A stretch of 20,000 nucleotides of DNA from sequence record DRR723986_6657; one strand, given 5' to 3'. A program made the position numbers and the translations under genes. Within the stretch, counting starts at the first letter, position 1. Every line of letters starts with the position of its first letter. Shown here one piece after another: positions 17,391 through 20,000 of the stretch. A model generated the notes under the pieces. That model ran no database searches. It saw only the letters and a program-made list of their open reading frames with translations, and was not told the DNA's origin.

Positions 17391-17954
17391 TTAGCTGCGG
17401 CTGGTTGCCGTGCCGGGTGACAGGAATGAAGCGGGCGGTGACATGGGCGCTGCCGGATGCGTTTCCGTGACAGGCGGGACAGTTGGCGCAGCAGGTTGCG
17501 AGACTGCGGCCACCGGTTCCTTGATGTCTGCTGGCGCCGGAGCTTGCTGGGGCTCAGGCGGGCCCAGACGATCCGGAAGGTCTGCCGCGATCAGCAGGTT
17601 CGCCGTCAGCATGGCGCCTTCATCAACGCGGACGGAACGTGCTGCGACATCGCCCCCAACTTTTGCGCCCGACCAGATCTCGATCGACTCTTTTGCCAGC
17701 ACCGTGCCCTCCAGTTCCCCATGCACGATGATGACCGGTGCTTCGATACGGCCTTCGACACGTCCGCCGCGTTCGATAATCAGCATGCTTTCGCAGCGGA
17801 CATTACCTTTGATAAAGCCCGCAACGACCAGCTGGGTGGTGAAGTGAAGATCGCCTTCGAGGCGCGTTCCCTCAAGGATCAGGTTTGCCGGTTCTCCGCC
17901 GCGCATTTTATCTGCAGGTGCCATGGAGGTTAGAGCCCTTATCTTGTTTGTCAC
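17391..17954 (-). CDS. Bactofilin (polymer-forming cytoskeletal protein, DUF583) with Pro/Ala-rich C-terminal tail
   Basis: Beta-helix repeats LILEGTRLEGDL, VAGFIKGNV, IERGGRVEGRI, VHGELEGTV, IWSGAKVGGDV and VDEGAML. The start could be 17954 (GTG), 17924 or 17906. Confidence 0.92.
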   Translation of the reverse strand: MTNKIRALTSMAPADKMRGGEPANLILEGTRLEGDLHFTTQLVVAGFIKGNVRCESMLIIERGGRVEGRIEAPVIIVHGELEGTVLAKESIEIWSGAKVGGDVAARSVRVDEGAMLTANLLIAADLPDRLGPPEPQQAPAPADIKEPVAAVSQPAAPTVPPVTETHPAAPMSPPASFLSPGTATSRS

Positions 17955-18102
17955 CGCGTCTATGCATGGATTGTGCCCGGAAGGTGGAATCTGTAGATTC
18001 TATGGGAATTTTGGTGTCCGTGGGGGCCTGTGTAAGGCGATTGCCCCGATTTGGCCCCGCACCGGCCTCAGGGCTGCCGGGGCGGGGAAGTTGGATCGGA
18101 AT

Positions 18103-18774
18103 ATGCGTATCACGGGACTGATTGCGACGGTTATGCTGGCACTGGCGGCCTGTTCCCAGCCGGCGATGCCTGCGCCGGAAGCCATGCCCGATGGGCCATT
18201 TGCGCCGGGCAATGAAGGCATCGACCTCTCCCATCACAATGGCCGTGTGAATTGGGAGGCGCTGGGCAGCGCGCCCATCGATTTCGTCTACCTGAAAGCT
18301 ACCGAGGGACGGGACTGGAAGGATACCCGGTTCCAGGAAAACTGGCTGGAGGCGAGCCAGCAGGGCTGGCATGTCGGCGCCTATCATTTTTACCTGCTCT
18401 GCCGGAACGGGGCTGCACAGGCGGCGAATTTCATCCAATCGGTGGAAGTGCGTGACGGCACGCTGCCCCCGGCCGTGGACCTTGAATACGCGCACAATTG
18501 TGCGCCGGACGGCCCAAAGGAGGCCGTATTGGCCGAGATCGAGGATTTCCTGAATGCGCTGGAGGCGGAATATGGCGTCCCGCCTGTGCTCTACACGACG
18601 CCCGAGTTCCACCGCGACTGGCTGGAAGGCCGCTTTCCCGCGAACCCGGTCTGGATGCGCAGCCTGTCAGGTCCGCCGGAGGGAGACGTGCTCATCTGGC
18701 AATATTCGATGAAAGGCCGCGTTCCGGGGGTCGAGGGGTTTGTCGATCTCAACCGTATTCCGGCAAGCGATTAG
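18103..18774 (+). CDS. GH25 muramidase (lysozyme), lipoprotein
   Basis: Start reassigned to MRITGLIATVMLALAA|C (lipobox). Motifs GIDLSHHNG, FVYLKATEG, GAYHFY, PPAVDLE (DxE), WQYS and VDLN. Confidence 0.93.
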   Translation: MRITGLIATVMLALAACSQPAMPAPEAMPDGPFAPGNEGIDLSHHNGRVNWEALGSAPIDFVYLKATEGRDWKDTRFQENWLEASQQGWHVGAYHFYLLCRNGAAQAANFIQSVEVRDGTLPPAVDLEYAHNCAPDGPKEAVLAEIEDFLNALEAEYGVPPVLYTTPEFHRDWLEGRFPANPVWMRSLSGPPEGDVLIWQYSMKGRVPGVEGFVDLNRIPASD

Positions 18775-19649
18775 AGCTCCAGGTCCCGCGCGAGTCGTGT
18801 GAGGCCTTCTTCCGGCGTGATCCGGGGCTGCAGCGCGTCGGGGATTTCGGCTGGGCGCACAGCCGCCTTGTCGAGATCCACCCGGGCGAGCTGCGCCGGG
18901 CTAAGCGGCAGTTTCAGGCCGAGACCGGACAGGAGAGAGACCAGCGCACGTATGGGACCGAGCGGGACAGGAATATCGATCCCGCGATGCCCTGATGCCT
19001 GACGCGCGGTCGCGATCAGATCCTGGTGAGGCAGGGTTTGCGGGCCGCCGACGGCAAGAAGACCGGCTGCCTTCCATTCATTCGATACCAGCGCCGCCGC
19101 CAGCCGGGCAAGGTCCTCGACATGGATCGGTTGCTGGCTGGCTTTCCCGGATCCGAGACGCGGAAACACCGGCAGGCGGGCCAGCAGTTTCAGCAGGCGC
19201 GACAGGTTTCCATCGCCCGGATAGCCATAGATCATGGTCGGCCGCAGGATCGCCCAGCCGGGCGCGCCGTTCAGCACGTCAGCTTCTGAGGCGCGCAGCC
19301 GGTCATAAACCGGATCAGCCCCGACGATGGCGACATTGTTGGATGAGAAGACGACGCCCCGCTCCACGCCGCCCTCGCAGAAGGCCCGCGCCGCCGGAGC
19401 CGAGATCGACAGAATCGGGGTCAGCACCACACCGCGGACTTCTGGTGCAAGCGCGCGGACGGCGGCAAGGTCTGTCAGGTCGAGCGGGGCGAGTTCGATG
19501 CCGGCGACATGCAGCCGGGCGTCAAGCTCTGCATCGGGATGGCGCCGCGTCGCGACAACTTTCAAACCGCGGGCAGCAAGGTCCAGCGCGATCAATGCCC
19601 CCAGCGGGCGGTTCGCTCCGGCGACGAGAAAGGGGCCAGTAGAGGTCAC
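18771..19649 (-). CDS. Atypical SDR / NAD-dependent epimerase-dehydratase family protein
   Basis: Rossmann-like start FLVAGANRPLG, with ILRPTMIYG and QPIHVEDLA. Overlaps the GH25 stop by 4 bp. The GTG start is uncertain. Confidence 0.8.
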   Translation of the reverse strand: MTSTGPFLVAGANRPLGALIALDLAARGLKVVATRRHPDAELDARLHVAGIELAPLDLTDLAAVRALAPEVRGVVLTPILSISAPAARAFCEGGVERGVVFSSNNVAIVGADPVYDRLRASEADVLNGAPGWAILRPTMIYGYPGDGNLSRLLKLLARLPVFPRLGSGKASQQPIHVEDLARLAAALVSNEWKAAGLLAVGGPQTLPHQDLIATARQASGHRGIDIPVPLGPIRALVSLLSGLGLKLPLSPAQLARVDLDKAAVRPAEIPDALQPRITPEEGLTRLARDLEL

Positions 19650-19684
19650 GCCTCCGCTCTAACAGCGTTCGAGCGGAGGCGCGA
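19646..19684 (-). other. GC-rich hairpin between ilvC and the SDR/epimerase start
   Basis: Perfect 11-bp inverted repeat CGCCTCCGCTC (19649-19659) / GAGCGGAGGCG (19671-19681), extendable with a G-U pair. There is no U-tract. Confidence 0.6.
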
Positions 19685-19691
19685 GAGAGAG

Positions 19692-20000
19692 TTAGTTGCG
19701 GGACTTGTCGACCAGGCGGTCGTTCTGGGCCCAGTGCATCATGCCGCGCAGTTTTTCGCCGACTTCCTCGATCGGGTGGCTGTTCATGCGCTGGCGCATG
19801 GCGTTGAAGCCCGGGGCGCCGGCCTGGTTTTCCAGCACCCAGTTGCGGGCGAACGTGCCGTTCTGGATGTCTTCCAGGACCTTCTTCATGTTCGCCTTGG
19901 CGTCCGAGTTCACGACGCGCGGGCCGGAAACATATTCGCCATACTCGGCCGTGTTGGAGATCGAGTAGTTCATGTTGGCGATGCCGCCTTCATAGATCAG
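19692..20000 (-). CDS. ilvC: Ketol-acid reductoisomerase, C-terminal part (5' end beyond the window)
   Basis: [30 protein letters not shown]...[13 protein letters not shown]...[16 protein letters not shown] is the conserved class I KARI C-terminus. The frame is open to base 20000. Confidence 0.97.
   Translation of the reverse strand: MIYEGGIANMNYSISNTAEYGEYVSGPRVVNSDAKANMKKVLEDIQNGTFARNWVLENQAGAPGFNAMRQRMNSHPIEEVGEKLRGMMHWAQNDRLVDKSRN

Noticed and set aside
17923..18102. N-terminal 60-aa extension of the GH25 ORF overlapping the bactofilin start
   Set aside because: The lipoprotein signal begins at ATG 18103, and the extension spans the divergent promoter region.
18103..18774. GH25 lysozyme as a prophage endolysin
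   Set aside because: It has a lipobox and host-like composition, and no holin, spanin, integrase or structural phage genes are nearby.
1..20000. CRISPR arrays, tRNA/rRNA, IS elements, tandem repeat arrays
   Set aside because: None seen by eye. All intergenic gaps are under 300 bp and no transposase, integrase or regularly spaced repeats are present. A covariance-model search could still reveal small ncRNAs.

Overview
GC-rich alphaproteobacterial core-chromosome window. The divL pseudokinase with a CtrA box, the bactofilin, the Oar-like TonB receptor and the GANTC sites suggest a Caulobacterales/Hyphomonadaceae-type dimorphic bacterium (inference). It has 17 protein-coding genes: alpha-2-macroglobulin (3' part) with pbpC, exported MsrA, an ArnT/Rgt-like GT-C glycosyltransferase, a divergent Oar-like TonB-dependent receptor, aguA-aguB, a secreted EF-hand protein divergent from divL, a small secreted hypothetical protein, a lipoprotein methyltransferase, an SDR, a Sel1-repeat protein, a bactofilin divergent from a GH25 muramidase lipoprotein, an atypical SDR/epimerase and the 3' part of ilvC. 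I saw no mobile elements, RNA genes or CRISPR array, and no clear multi-gene novel system. The best leads are: a near-consensus Pho box before the TonB receptor; a symmetric CtrA box at divL; a small secreted protein carrying a TonB-box-like motif nearly identical to the receptor's, possibly starting at ATT behind an SD-occluding hairpin; and a bactofilin/GH25 pair sharing a twin-GANTC palindrome.
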